Below are positions 37,975 through 48,078 of a DNA stretch of 64,000 bases, one piece after another. The position numbers and the translations under genes were made by a program. Within the stretch, counting starts at the first letter, position 1; every line of letters begins with the position of its first letter. Location of the stretch: assembly GCF_000315625.1 (NCBI RefSeq), contig NW_005434561.1, positions 1 through 64,000 on the forward strand. The letters run 5' to 3'. The notes below the pieces were generated by a model, which searched no databases, was not told where the DNA came from, and saw only the letters and a program-made list of their open reading frames with translations. This DNA is from Guillardia theta CCMP2712 (Eukaryota > Protista > Cryptophyta).

Positions 37975-38169
37975 CAGTTTCCGCACATCAAGGAAGAGAT
38001 GGCTGTAAACTTCGGGCCTCCTGCTCCTCCTCCTCTCCTGATCCGTTCGCAGGTTCTGATCTACGACGACAATCTCGTGGGTATGTGAGGAACGAGGGGA
38101 GAGAAGAGTGTGAGTAAGGAGAAGATGAAGAAGGAAGGAGAGGAGGAGAGGAGAGGAGAGGAGGAGAGT

Positions 38170-40322
38170 AGCTTCATTCAAGGCATTCTTTTGCCTGCTC
38201 TTTGAGTCTTCGCCTGGCAAGCTCGTACAGTTCCAGGTCCCCCCAGCATAGCTTCCTTCAGCTTGAACCTCAGCAGCGGAAGAGATAAACAGGTAGACAG
38301 CAGGAGGACGATACCTGAGCTCAGGTAAAACGTCTTCTTGTATGATCTTCTCCTCAACAGAGCGATCTCGCTTATCGTTTCTGTTCTTCACACCCTGACA
38401 ACTCGTCCGGGAAAGTCCAAACCAACTGTTTTCAAACCCTCAGCGCTCTTTGCTTCCTCTTCATCCTCACCGCCTCCTCACTGACCTCTTGGCACAATGC
38501 TTCTCATCTCCCCCTCTCGAGGCATCAGAAATCCCTTCCGCAAGGGTCGGCAGGACAGCCTTGCAAGCTTCTTATCACCTCAGACTCCCTCTCCTCCTCC
38601 TCTCCACCTCCAGCACTCGGACAGTCGAGTTCCAGTCCTCAAGGATCCCGATGAACTGTAAGAGTCAGCATCAGCTGCAGCCGTTGCCTCCCCCTCCCAC
38701 CTTGAACGATCTCATCATGTTCTCCCGCGCTCTCTTCACCATCTGCTCCGTTGGCCCCCCCGACTCGTCCGACTTGCAATCTCCTGAGAACCCGCAGAAA
38801 TATCTCGTCTGCACCACCAGGCCTTCAGTCTACCCCCGAGCTCACCGCCACTGAGCAGAGGACCTGTAAATTGCACCAGCGGCCGAACTCATTGATCGAT
38901 CGACAGGTCTCGTTCCTGCACATGCCCTTCCTCCTCAGCCCCCACCTCAACCCCCTCGCGCTTGCCTTGCACAGTCCAAGAACGGCTGAACCCCTTTGCT
39001 CCTTCTTACTTGCTCCTGTCCTCCTGTCACCTTCACCTCCGCGTGCTGCCCCTCACCTGGTAGACTTTCGACTTGGCTTGCACGCGATCGAAATCGTACT
39101 GGAGGAACCCAAGGATTCAGTTGTTGCGCATCGAGGGGCCGACCAACCTGACTGGCCAGACGCAGTATGGGGTGTCGCAAGACGGTAGCGAAGACGACTT
39201 TCTTGCGAGAGCTCTGCTGCATCCTCATCAGCGCAATGACAAGCTGCGGCACACAAGAGAGAAGACACCTCCGACGGCCGTCCGTCTCCGGCCTCTTGAC
39301 CCTTCCCCTCCAGAGCGCGCGGTTCGAAGAAAACATGCCTGGTGCACGCTCGGGAGGAGCTTTGGACCATGACAAGACAAACCCGAACAGAAGCTGTCGA
39401 TGATTGGTTGTTGAGTTGATCAAAGACTGCAGAAAAGTTCCTGTTGATGATGGAAACCCTGAAGGACGGTGACGTACCTCAAGGTATTCTCTGTACATCT
39501 TCTCATATGCATCCGGACGCACACGATCGATCTCCAAGGAGGCGGATGAGACGACAATCAACGCACGTCGTCCCCTCACCTGGTCCAGAGGCAGCCACAC
39601 GACTCCCTGCGGAACAGCATCTCTCCACTCGCTCATCTCCACCATCTCCCTGCGCAATTTCAGATAATCTCAACGTCATGCGCCCGCCAGCTCTACCATC
39701 CCTTCCTCGGCTTGACCGCCTTCAGCAAGCTCTGCTGGACTTTCAGCCACGTTGACAAGACAGCATGATCCCTTCCTTCATCGTCGTCCCTCCCGTCTTG
39801 GGGATGTGCAGGAAGAACAGCTGGAACTTCAACGTCAGGAACTACCGCGCCTGCTCCCTCCCACCTTCTCGGGGTCAACAGGTCTGCAGGGTGCCCTCGA
39901 GCGTTCGAGCATGTCAGCAGTAATGTCGCAGATGCCTTCATAATGATCATCCTCCTCGCGCCCTCACAAGGCGAATGACCTTGGCAAGGCCCCGAGACCC
40001 GAGGCTCGAAGTACAGCCATCGGTAGATTGCAACTGTGACCACTAACAAGACCTGGACGAGCGGCGCAGCAGCGGATCAGTAGAGAAGTGAGAACGATGA
40101 AGGGCATGAATACATACGAGAGGAAGTGCGACCGCGATAAGGATCTGCTTGTCTCTCAACACGTCTTCTCGCGCACGCTTGACACAAGGGTCAAGCTTCC
40201 ATCACCATCATGGCCTTCCGAACCTGCTTCCTCGGCAGAGGCTTGTGTTCAGGCTCCTTGCTGGATGTGTCTGGTCGCTGGCAGAAGGGTAAGGTTGAGG
40301 TCCGCATAGTCTGACCGCCATG
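38170..40322 (-). CDS. Membrane-bound sulfotransferase (Sulfotransfer_2/Gal3ST-like), multi-exon
   Basis: N-terminal TM (LLVVTVAIYRWLYF); 5'-PSB motif LFFLHIPKTGGTT (~39790-39830); 3'-PB motif FATVLRHPILRLAS; FIGILEDWNSTVRVLE; DLELYELARRRLKEQ. Confidence 0.8.
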
Positions 40323-42245
40323 CTCTCACCCTCTCTCTCATCTCCGCGCCTAGTCACTGGTCCAGCATTGCGACTCCTCCGTACAACCCATTTCCAGCCC
40401 GCCTCGGTCCATTTTTATCAAAGTGGGAAAGGACAGCAAGGTTTTGTTGTATGATGGCAACATTGCTGTCTCGTCAGGGCTGGTTCAAGCTCGCCTCTGT
40501 GATTTCCTAGTAATTGAGAAAAGACAGAAACATAAATTATACTGATAAGTGCATGCACACCAATTCGCTGCCTTTCGGGGCCAGGGATCTGGGGTGGGGA
40601 TTCAAGGTCGGGGCTGTCAGGGGGCCGGTCACGAGTTGACGGGGATAAAGTGGGGTGAAGAAGAGGCCGTTCGGAGGTCAGGGGGTGGTATGAAGTACCG
40701 GTACAAGATATGAGTTCCTTCTAGTAAAATAGCAGGGTGATAGGTCATCCGGAGGAAAAATTCCGAGTGGGTGGGGGTACAAGTTGGGGAGCAACAGGTA
40801 AAAGTTGGGGAAATATGAAACGTTGGTGCAAAAGGGGGTACATTTCCTCAGGATGGTTGGAGGGGTGGTAGGGGTCCTGATGGGCTTGCGAGGTACAATT
40901 GCAACACAGGAGTACCCAAAGAAGTTACCTGGTCCTGTGGGGTCATGACAGCGTTTCAGAAGCAGCACGGGTAGTAGATGGACATGAAATTCCATGAGGG
41001 GGTGGGGATGAGTTGGAGAATGTAAAACTGGGGGAGGGTCAGGAGACTCGGGGAGGGAGGAGGGCCACTACCTCAAGGCTTCGAGAGCCTTCTGGATTCC
41101 CCATTTAGACTACCCACCCCCTTCGAGAATCGAAATGTGAATTTGGACCTAGCAATCTCTAATGAAACTCTTTAGACAGGGGTGGGGTACATGGTATACT
41201 GACCCCGTCACTTTTCCTTTAAGGCTGATATTATTCCCCAAGTTATGTACCTGAAACTGTCGTGTGGAGACGCCTGAAAGAGAGGGGTGAGGTATCTCAA
41301 AGATGGGGTGCAGCTCCAACATGATGTCAATTTTAATGATTTCCTGTCCAAATTTGGAGTTTTTCACCGAAAGTATTTGTAAATTTTGAAATTTAAAAGA
41401 AGAAGTTGAGTCCAAGAATCATATTCTAACATCTGATATGTGAATGGGGGTAGGGGTCATGAAACTACCCACCTGAGAGAGATTCATTGAACAACTTTAC
41501 CTCTCAGAACCCCATGGTGGAAAGCACCCCACCCTCCAAAAATATACCCATCAATTCCCAGTTGAGCACCCCTCTTGATAGGCTGAAATCCTCTGGTTCT
41601 ACCACCCCACCAGGGATTCCATCCCCCGTTCTAAGGACAGCTGTGAGGGATGACACCACCCATCTTACCCAACAAACTCCCCCGATTCATGACCCCCTAC
41701 CCTTAATATAACGGAACTTGGAAGGGTAGGGTTATTTGCACCCGAGAATAAAGGGGTGTGTCCAACACACTTGTGTATTGTGTGCGATGGGTATATAACT
41801 AATAGGGTAGGGGTAGTGGAAGACAAAGGAATTGCTTCCTTCAAAGAGGAGGCTTGATAGTATACCTTCTTGAATTGGAAGATATCAGAACGATTCTCGC
41901 TCCTTTCCTTACTATAAATGCCAATCGCTGATTTTCAAAGCAGGTGACAATGCTAAGGGTAGGGTACTGGATTTTTGTGGGTGGATATTCAAAAGGGTGG
42001 GTCAATGGACTGAAGGTAGTGACTGCAACTTGGGTGGTACCCCACCCCAAATGGCCAATTCCACCCACCCCAGTTTAGACCACTGGTTCCATGGTGGGTA
42101 TGGGGGGTGGAAGGGGACGTTAGGTCTCTATATAGGAGGAGACGGAAGGGAGAACGCGAGTACACGAGAGGAGCTTGGAAGCAAGAGCGAACAAACAGGA
42201 GGCAGCTTCTCAGCACATACTTCACAGAGACATCTCAAGTGTTTG

Positions 42246-44009
42246 ATGCTTCACTCCAGAGGCTATGTGATCTCCGGTGTGAAACGTTTGGATGGCAAAC
42301 AGCTCGGGAAGCATGTGATTCGGTTGGCGAAAGCGTCCGATGCTTCCCCTCACGACAAGAGCGCTCGCTCCAAGAGCACTTCCGCTATCCCAGTGGTCAC
42401 TGCCCAGCATGTTGAGCATATCAGACCGATGAATGACTGGAAGTTGAACTTTGAGGATACAACCCAGAGCCTCGCATGCAAGAGCAGCTATGAGCTCGCT
42501 CTTGCCTCTGCCATCTTTCAAGTGTGCTCCATTCAGCCGCTGGTCAAGAATGCCAAGGACATGTACTCTTACGCAACCAAGGTGCTCGGGCATGGGATCC
42601 CCGATGCTGTCGTGAGGGCGTCTTTCTTCAAGCACTTCTGTGGAGGGGAAAGCTCTGGCGACCTTAAGCCGGTTGTGCAGAAGCTTGGAGTGCATGGCAT
42701 CGGAGCCATCCTTGACTATGCCGCTGAGGCTGATGTTGCTCACACCCCAGAGGCAAGGCCAGGGATGAGCGCTTCTGCTGAGGCCATGGAGCAACAGTTT
42801 GAGGGAAATGCTCGCATCATTATGGATGCCATCGATGCTGCCTCGGAAGTCTCTGCGTCAGGTGGCAAGGAGGGCTTCACGGCTGTAAAGCTCACAGGAA
42901 TGGGAAGGCCGGAGATGTTGAGCAGGATCAGCTCAATCTTGACATGGCTGCGCCAGACGTTCGCCCGTCTGGATGACGACGGCAATGGTCTTCTCACGCA
43001 GGAGGAATTCATCAAGGGTTTGTCGAAAGCTGGCTCGAATCTGTCACACGAGGAGCTGTGCTCTATCTATCAGTCTATTGACGCCAACAAAGACTCAATG
43101 GTGGACGTCACTGACTGGATGGACTCACTTTGGCCTTCCGATCCAAAGTTCTCCTTGATCTTCACCAGCTCGTTCAAGCACCTGCAAGGACCACAGTTCC
43201 GCTCGCTAGATGATGAGGAGTGTTACCAGTACCAGACGATGCTGGACAGGTTAGAGAAGCTCGCAGCATATGCTGAGCTCAAGGGTGTCAAGCTTCTGGT
43301 TGATGCTGAGCAGAGCTACATGCAACCCGCGATTGATCATCTTGCCCTCGTCCTCATGAGACGTCACAATCATGAGAATCCTGTCATCTTCAACACATAT
43401 CAGTGCTACTTGGTCGACTCCTTCGATCGTGTGAAGCTGGACGTCCAGCGTGCTGAACGCTACGGGTTTGTCTTTGCTGCAAAGGTTGTCAGGGGAGCCT
43501 ACATGCACCAAGAGAGAAAGCTAGCAGCTGAGCAGGGCTACCCCGATCCCATCCATCCCAACATCGAGGCAACCCACAAGAACTTTGATGCTGTGGTGGA
43601 TTTCCTCATCTCGAGGAAGGGTCAGATGGATCCTGAGACCTTCAAGGCTGAGACGGAGGAGGAGACTGAACGTCGCAAGAAGCTTGCCATCATGATCGCC
43701 TCCCACAACGAGGAGTCGATTCTCAAGGCTGCTGAGAAGATGAATCAGATGGAGATCTCTCCGGCTCAGAGTGGGATCTACTTCGGTCAGCTGCAGGGAA
43801 TGTGCGACCATGTTTCCTTCGCTCTTGGCAAGAAGCACTTCAACGTGTACAAGTACCTCCCGTATGGCCCCGTCAAGGAGGTGATGCCGTACCTGCTGAG
43901 GAGGCTGGAGGAGAACAGCGACATTCTTGCGGGAGTCAAGAAGCAGAAGAAGCTGATCATGACCGAGCTCTCGCGTCGTCTGGGATGGCGCAAGCATGCA
44001 AGCTGCTGA
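42246..44009 (+). CDS. PRODH: Proline dehydrogenase (mitochondrial) with EF-hand pair insertion, intronless
   Basis: FFKHFCGGES, ILDYAAE, AVKLTG, LLVDAEQSYMQPAID, FNTYQCYL, AKVVRGAYMHQER, IASHNEES, FGQLQGMCDHVSFALG, YKYLPYGPVKEVMPYLLRRLEEN. Confidence 0.96.
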   Translation: MLHSRGYVISGVKRLDGKQLGKHVIRLAKASDASPHDKSARSKSTSAIPVVTAQHVEHIRPMNDWKLNFEDTTQSLACKSSYELALASAIFQVCSIQPLVKNAKDMYSYATKVLGHGIPDAVVRASFFKHFCGGESSGDLKPVVQKLGVHGIGAILDYAAEADVAHTPEARPGMSASAEAMEQQFEGNARIIMDAIDAASEVSASGGKEGFTAVKLTGMGRPEMLSRISSILTWLRQTFARLDDDGNGLLTQEEFIKGLSKAGSNLSHEELCSIYQSIDANKDSMVDVTDWMDSLWPSDPKFSLIFTSSFKHLQGPQFRSLDDEECYQYQTMLDRLEKLAAYAELKGVKLLVDAEQSYMQPAIDHLALVLMRRHNHENPVIFNTYQCYLVDSFDRVKLDVQRAERYGFVFAAKVVRGAYMHQERKLAAEQGYPDPIHPNIEATHKNFDAVVDFLISRKGQMDPETFKAETEEETERRKKLAIMIASHNEESILKAAEKMNQMEISPAQSGIYFGQLQGMCDHVSFALGKKHFNVYKYLPYGPVKEVMPYLLRRLEENSDILAGVKKQKKLIMTELSRRLGWRKHASC

Positions 44010-44224
44010 ATTGGTCGATGGGCCTCCTGTCAGTTTTGGTAGTGTGGAGAGTGCAGGAGCTCTTGAGTTTTTGTAGAATAACTTGATTATTACTCTGTAA
44101 ATACATGATCTAAAAGAATTCATGTGCCCTCTCCCTCGCCATCCTTTCTCTGCCATCTCCTTTCCTTCCTCATATCTTGGGCATCTTGATCGGAGGGAGG
44201 TACCCAGCCTTATTGCCAAACGCT

Positions 44225-44961
44225 GTCACCTGCCCATCCGCAGGTCAAGGCTCCCTCGACACACGTCAGGACGTACCGAGGAGAAGTCATCAGAGATCTG
44301 TTTCTGCAGCATCTTCATCTTCTGCGCGATCATCTTCCTCTTAGCCTGCACAAGGAGTGAACCTGAGCGCCCCGAGCACCGAGAGGTGTCTGCACATCAT
44401 CCTGCAGCGAGGACTGCGATCGCTTCTTCTTGTCGCTGTTCTTGAGCGCTTTCTCGGCGTTCTCAGCTTCCTGCACAACTCAAACTCAGTAAGGACCGTG
44501 ACTTTCAAGGGTCCGGACCTGCAGCGCCTTGTTCACATGATGTCTGATCTGTGCGTTCTTCGTGCTCACACGAGCCGCTGGAGGAGAGAGAACGCGGATC
44601 AGGGTTGTACAAGTCAAGAGAGGTTCTGCTGACCTCGCACTCGATGTTTGGCTCCCTCGATTTGCTTCGAGTCTGTATCTTCTGCGTGAGAGATGAGGAA
44701 GAGAAGAACGAAGCCTCACATGAGTGAGCTTTCTTCGTGTGACTCTTGATCCCACGAGTCAAGCCATGGATCCTCCTCAACATGGCATCGATTGTTTTCA
44801 TGTCCTCATTCTCTCGTTTCTTGGCCTGGGCACAACATTAGGTCAGAGAGGTCACCAGCCTCCCACTCTCATCGAGAGATCACCATGGAGAAGTCAAAGC
44901 TGCAACCAACGACAAGGAGGAGGAGGAGGAGGAGTCTCTGATGCCCTTGCATCGATGCCAT
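44225..44961 (-). CDS. Small hypothetical secreted coiled-coil protein, multi-exon
   Basis: MASMQGHQRLLLLLLLVVGCSFDFSM|AKKRENEDMKTIDAMLRRIHGLTRGIKSH...QEAENAEKALKNSDKKKRSQ...AKRKMIAQKMKMLQKQISDDF. Confidence 0.5.
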
Positions 44962-45745
44962 CCTCTCGTCGGCCAAAACGGTACCCGTCAAATCAGTACA
45001 TACAGGCTCCTTCACCGGTGCAAGGATAGCAAGGAGAGCAAGCGCAGGCCTCTTCTCGTTGGTCAAGGGAAGCTCAGCAGCTAAAGCTCTCTCTCCTTCC
45101 TCTCCTTCCTCTGCTTCCTCTGCTTCCTCTTTCCTCTCCTTCCACGTCCGCTAGGCTCCTGCCTTGACTTTGCCACGCCGCTTGCTCGCCCTCATCCCCT
45201 CACCCACTTCGCTGCCGCCTCAGGAAGCTGCTCAGGAAGCGCCTGAGGACAGCAGTGACCCCATACTAGAGCTGTGAGATTATTATATGATGAGACTAAG
45301 TAAAACCCCTATAGTGAGGTAGTCGCGATCCGAACAGGCCTCTGCCATCCCCCCCATGTCCCTTTGAATTCAAGTGAGCCCGATCGGTCCGCCGGACTTC
45401 GGAAGCTCTCCGGAGGTCCCAACCGAGTTAAAAAGAAGTCAACGGGTTTGACTCGTTCTATTTCGAGCGAGCGAGGGGCCCGATCAATGGCTGCCCGTTC
45501 ATGTCAAGTTGCTCAACTTAGCTAGAGCGCCGGGTGAGTTTCTCGAGTCACAGGACTGAGGGAGAACTTGTCGCGACAGTATGCTACTTGTCAGTAGAGG
45601 AGAGGGCCAGTGGGCGACAAGAGAGCTCTAGTGGGCCGGGAGGAACGTAACTTGCAGTGGAGTAGAAGGAGGAGAGAGGAGGTTGCCTGACAGAATTTCT
45701 ATCAGGACGGAGTGAGACTTGAAAATTCGCGGATCTGCTCAAACC

Positions 45746-47059
45746 ATGCCCAACAGCGGCGGGCGTCCCCTACTTGTGTACTTCATGGGATGCTGCGCCC
45801 TGGTTGCTGCTGGCGCCCTCTATCTCAGTGGCAATGGTGGAGGGAAGGACGAGAGCGAGTTGATGAGCGCCCTTGTAAGGACGGCGAAGTCACAGCCTGG
45901 CAGGCTAGACGAACTTGCGACAGAGACGGCCTCGCTCAAGGTACATGCGCTGCCAGCCATGAAACCTTGGATGCTCAAATTGTTCGAGGGAGCCCAGAAG
46001 GTAAGGAATCATACCTAACTTGCCTCCGCTGCGAATCGCACCTGACCGGGTGATGCCAGGAACAAAGTAGAGAAAACGAAGAGCAGCAGAAGGTTCAAGT
46101 GGAGCAGCGAGAAATTTTAAGTGGCAAGAAGGACGAGAGAGATCCGTTCAGGCGGCAGGAGCATCAGTCGCAGGAATCCGCAACTGCGATCCACAAACAA
46201 GACTTGGACCTGATCACGAGCAGCAAGAAGTCAGCGCCCTTCGCTCAGGCGCTCGAGCATGTTCAGAGCGCAAAGAGCAAGACGATCAAGATTATTGAAC
46301 GTGCGAAGAAACAGGTTTGATCGGACGCTGTGAGTGACGAGCCTGTTAATATGAAGGCAGATCATTGACTTGCTGAACGCGGAGGAGAAGTACGTGAGAC
46401 AAACGGCATCTCGGGCCCAAACAAAGTACTTCGATGAGGGCGTGATAAAAGTCAGCGACATCGATCAACACAAGTCGTTTGCTGCCAAGGACAATAGACG
46501 TGACAGTGCGAGAGAGCAGGAGACGTCAGAGGAGGTGAAGAGAAAGCCAAGTCGTGAGCAGCCATCGCATAGCAAGAAGGACTCGAACATGGAGGAGAAG
46601 AGGGAGACGAGGAAAGATGGAGGTGAAAGCATGCCGCAGGTTTGCTTCACGTATGCAGCTTGTATGTTGATATTTCTGACTATCACTCTTGCAGTCCTCC
46701 TCTTCCGCGCTGAAGTCACGGGATACGACAGGGAGCCTGATGGCGCTGTCGCAGGTTCTGGAGATGTTGTTGACATGTGGACAGCTGTTGTGAAACATGA
46801 TGCAGGATTTTGACAAGGGCGGCTCCAGGTCAAAGCAGCAGTCACTGCACGAGCTGCTGAAGATTCAGAGGGAGTTGGAGAACGATTACAAGGTGAGACT
46901 CATGGACTTGAACGGTTGCCAAGTTGAATGCTCACCGTGAGTCCAATCCGGCAGAATGTCATCGGGAAGGGGAGGGCTGCTCGCAACATTGCGAAGAAGT
47001 TCCACCTGAAGGAAAACAAGAAGACGAAGCTCGGAGCGATGCGATCAGAACCCTTGTGA
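45746..47059 (+). CDS. Hypothetical protein with N-terminal TM/signal anchor, multi-exon
   Basis: MPNSGGRPLLVYFMGCCALVAAGALYLSG...; exons at 46060-46315, 46360-46640, ...; last exon NVIGKGRAARNIAKKFHLKENKKTKLGAMRSEPL*. Confidence 0.6.
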
Positions 47060-47101
47060 AGGTTTTCATAGAGTCGATATAAGTTGAATGTCATGACTTT
47101 T

Positions 47102-47151
47102 TTTACTCAAAGTTAAGTTTAAAAATCAGTACGAAGAGGACAATCAGGAGA
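47102..47151 (+). repeat. Long (~50 bp) copy of dispersed element
   Basis: tttactcaaagttaagtttaaaaatcagtacgaagaggacaatcaggaga matches the reverse complement of 63763-63807 apart from small indels. Confidence 0.85.
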
Positions 47152-47383
47152 CTAAAGGAGGCTTGACCCTGACACAAGTAGATGTCGCACAGAATTATCA
47201 AGCCCGCATGCCTCGCTAGCGGCACCGTGACTGTTCCCTACCATTCCAGCACCACCCACCCCCTGCTTGTATTCTGCTCCCACTACCCCTTGTCCCTCCA
47301 ACTTCGCCCTCGCATCCTTTACTCGCACTGCGGCACCTCCCCCCCTGCTGTCCTCCTGGTCCCACCGGCAACGAGCGGCAGGG

Positions 47384-47800
47384 ATGGACAGGAAACTACA
47401 GAAGATGAACGCGAAGCTGAACCCCACGAAGCTGCCGCACAACCCGATCTCCAAGAATGCGCGCAAGAAGGAGATGGAGCTTAAGAGCAAGGAACAGAAG
47501 CAGATCAGAGCACAGGCAGAGAAGTCGTTGGACGCTGCCAACTGGACCAAGGAGGTCTTCAAGGGCGACAAGTTTGCTGGACGGGTAGAGGAAAGTCTTG
47601 AGGACAAGCTCGTCAAGTCTGCGGTGGGTCTGGTGACCTACGACGAGCTGTGCGAGAAGAGAGAGACGCTCGCGCAGGAGATGGCGAGCGAGAAGGAGGC
47701 AGAGGCTTCCGCAGCTAAGAAGCACAAGAAGCAGAAATCCCGCAGCACCCTCTCGTTTGACGTGGATGAGGACGAGACAGGCCTAGCAGAAGAGCCCTGA
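47384..47800 (+). CDS. Short protein similar to the N-terminal half of XAP5/FAM50
   Basis: DKFAGRVEESLEDKLVKSAVGLVTYDELCEKRE and KKQKSRSTLSFDVDEDE resemble the FAM50/XAP5 KF...LKSSTVGLVTLxD...LSF-acidic motifs; the C-terminal XAP5 domain is absent. Confidence 0.65.
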   Translation: MDRKLQKMNAKLNPTKLPHNPISKNARKKEMELKSKEQKQIRAQAEKSLDAANWTKEVFKGDKFAGRVEESLEDKLVKSAVGLVTYDELCEKRETLAQEMASEKEAEASAAKKHKKQKSRSTLSFDVDEDETGLAEEP

Positions 47801-48078
47801 AGTGAAGTGAAGCCAAGAGGAGAAGCGCGTGTGCAGAGGAGGAGGAGGAGGAGGAGGAGGAGGAGGAGAAGGAGAAAAGGCCAAGGGGAGTGGAGGAAGG
47901 AGGAGGAGATAAGGAGGATGAGTAGAAGGAGCAGGAGCAGGAGATAAGGAGGATGAGTAGCAGGAGCAGGAGCAGGAGATAGGGAGGAGGAGTAGCGGGA
48001 GGAGGAGGATCAGGAGGAGGCATGATCATGATTCGCATCATTCATTCGGCAACGCTGTCGACCAGAATTCCCAATCAC

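Noticed and set aside
41997-42245. N-terminal 83 aa of the 670-aa PRODH ORF
   Set aside because: Begins at a non-ATG codon inside the GGGGT-rich spacer; the ATG at 42246 gives a more plausible mitochondrial presequence.
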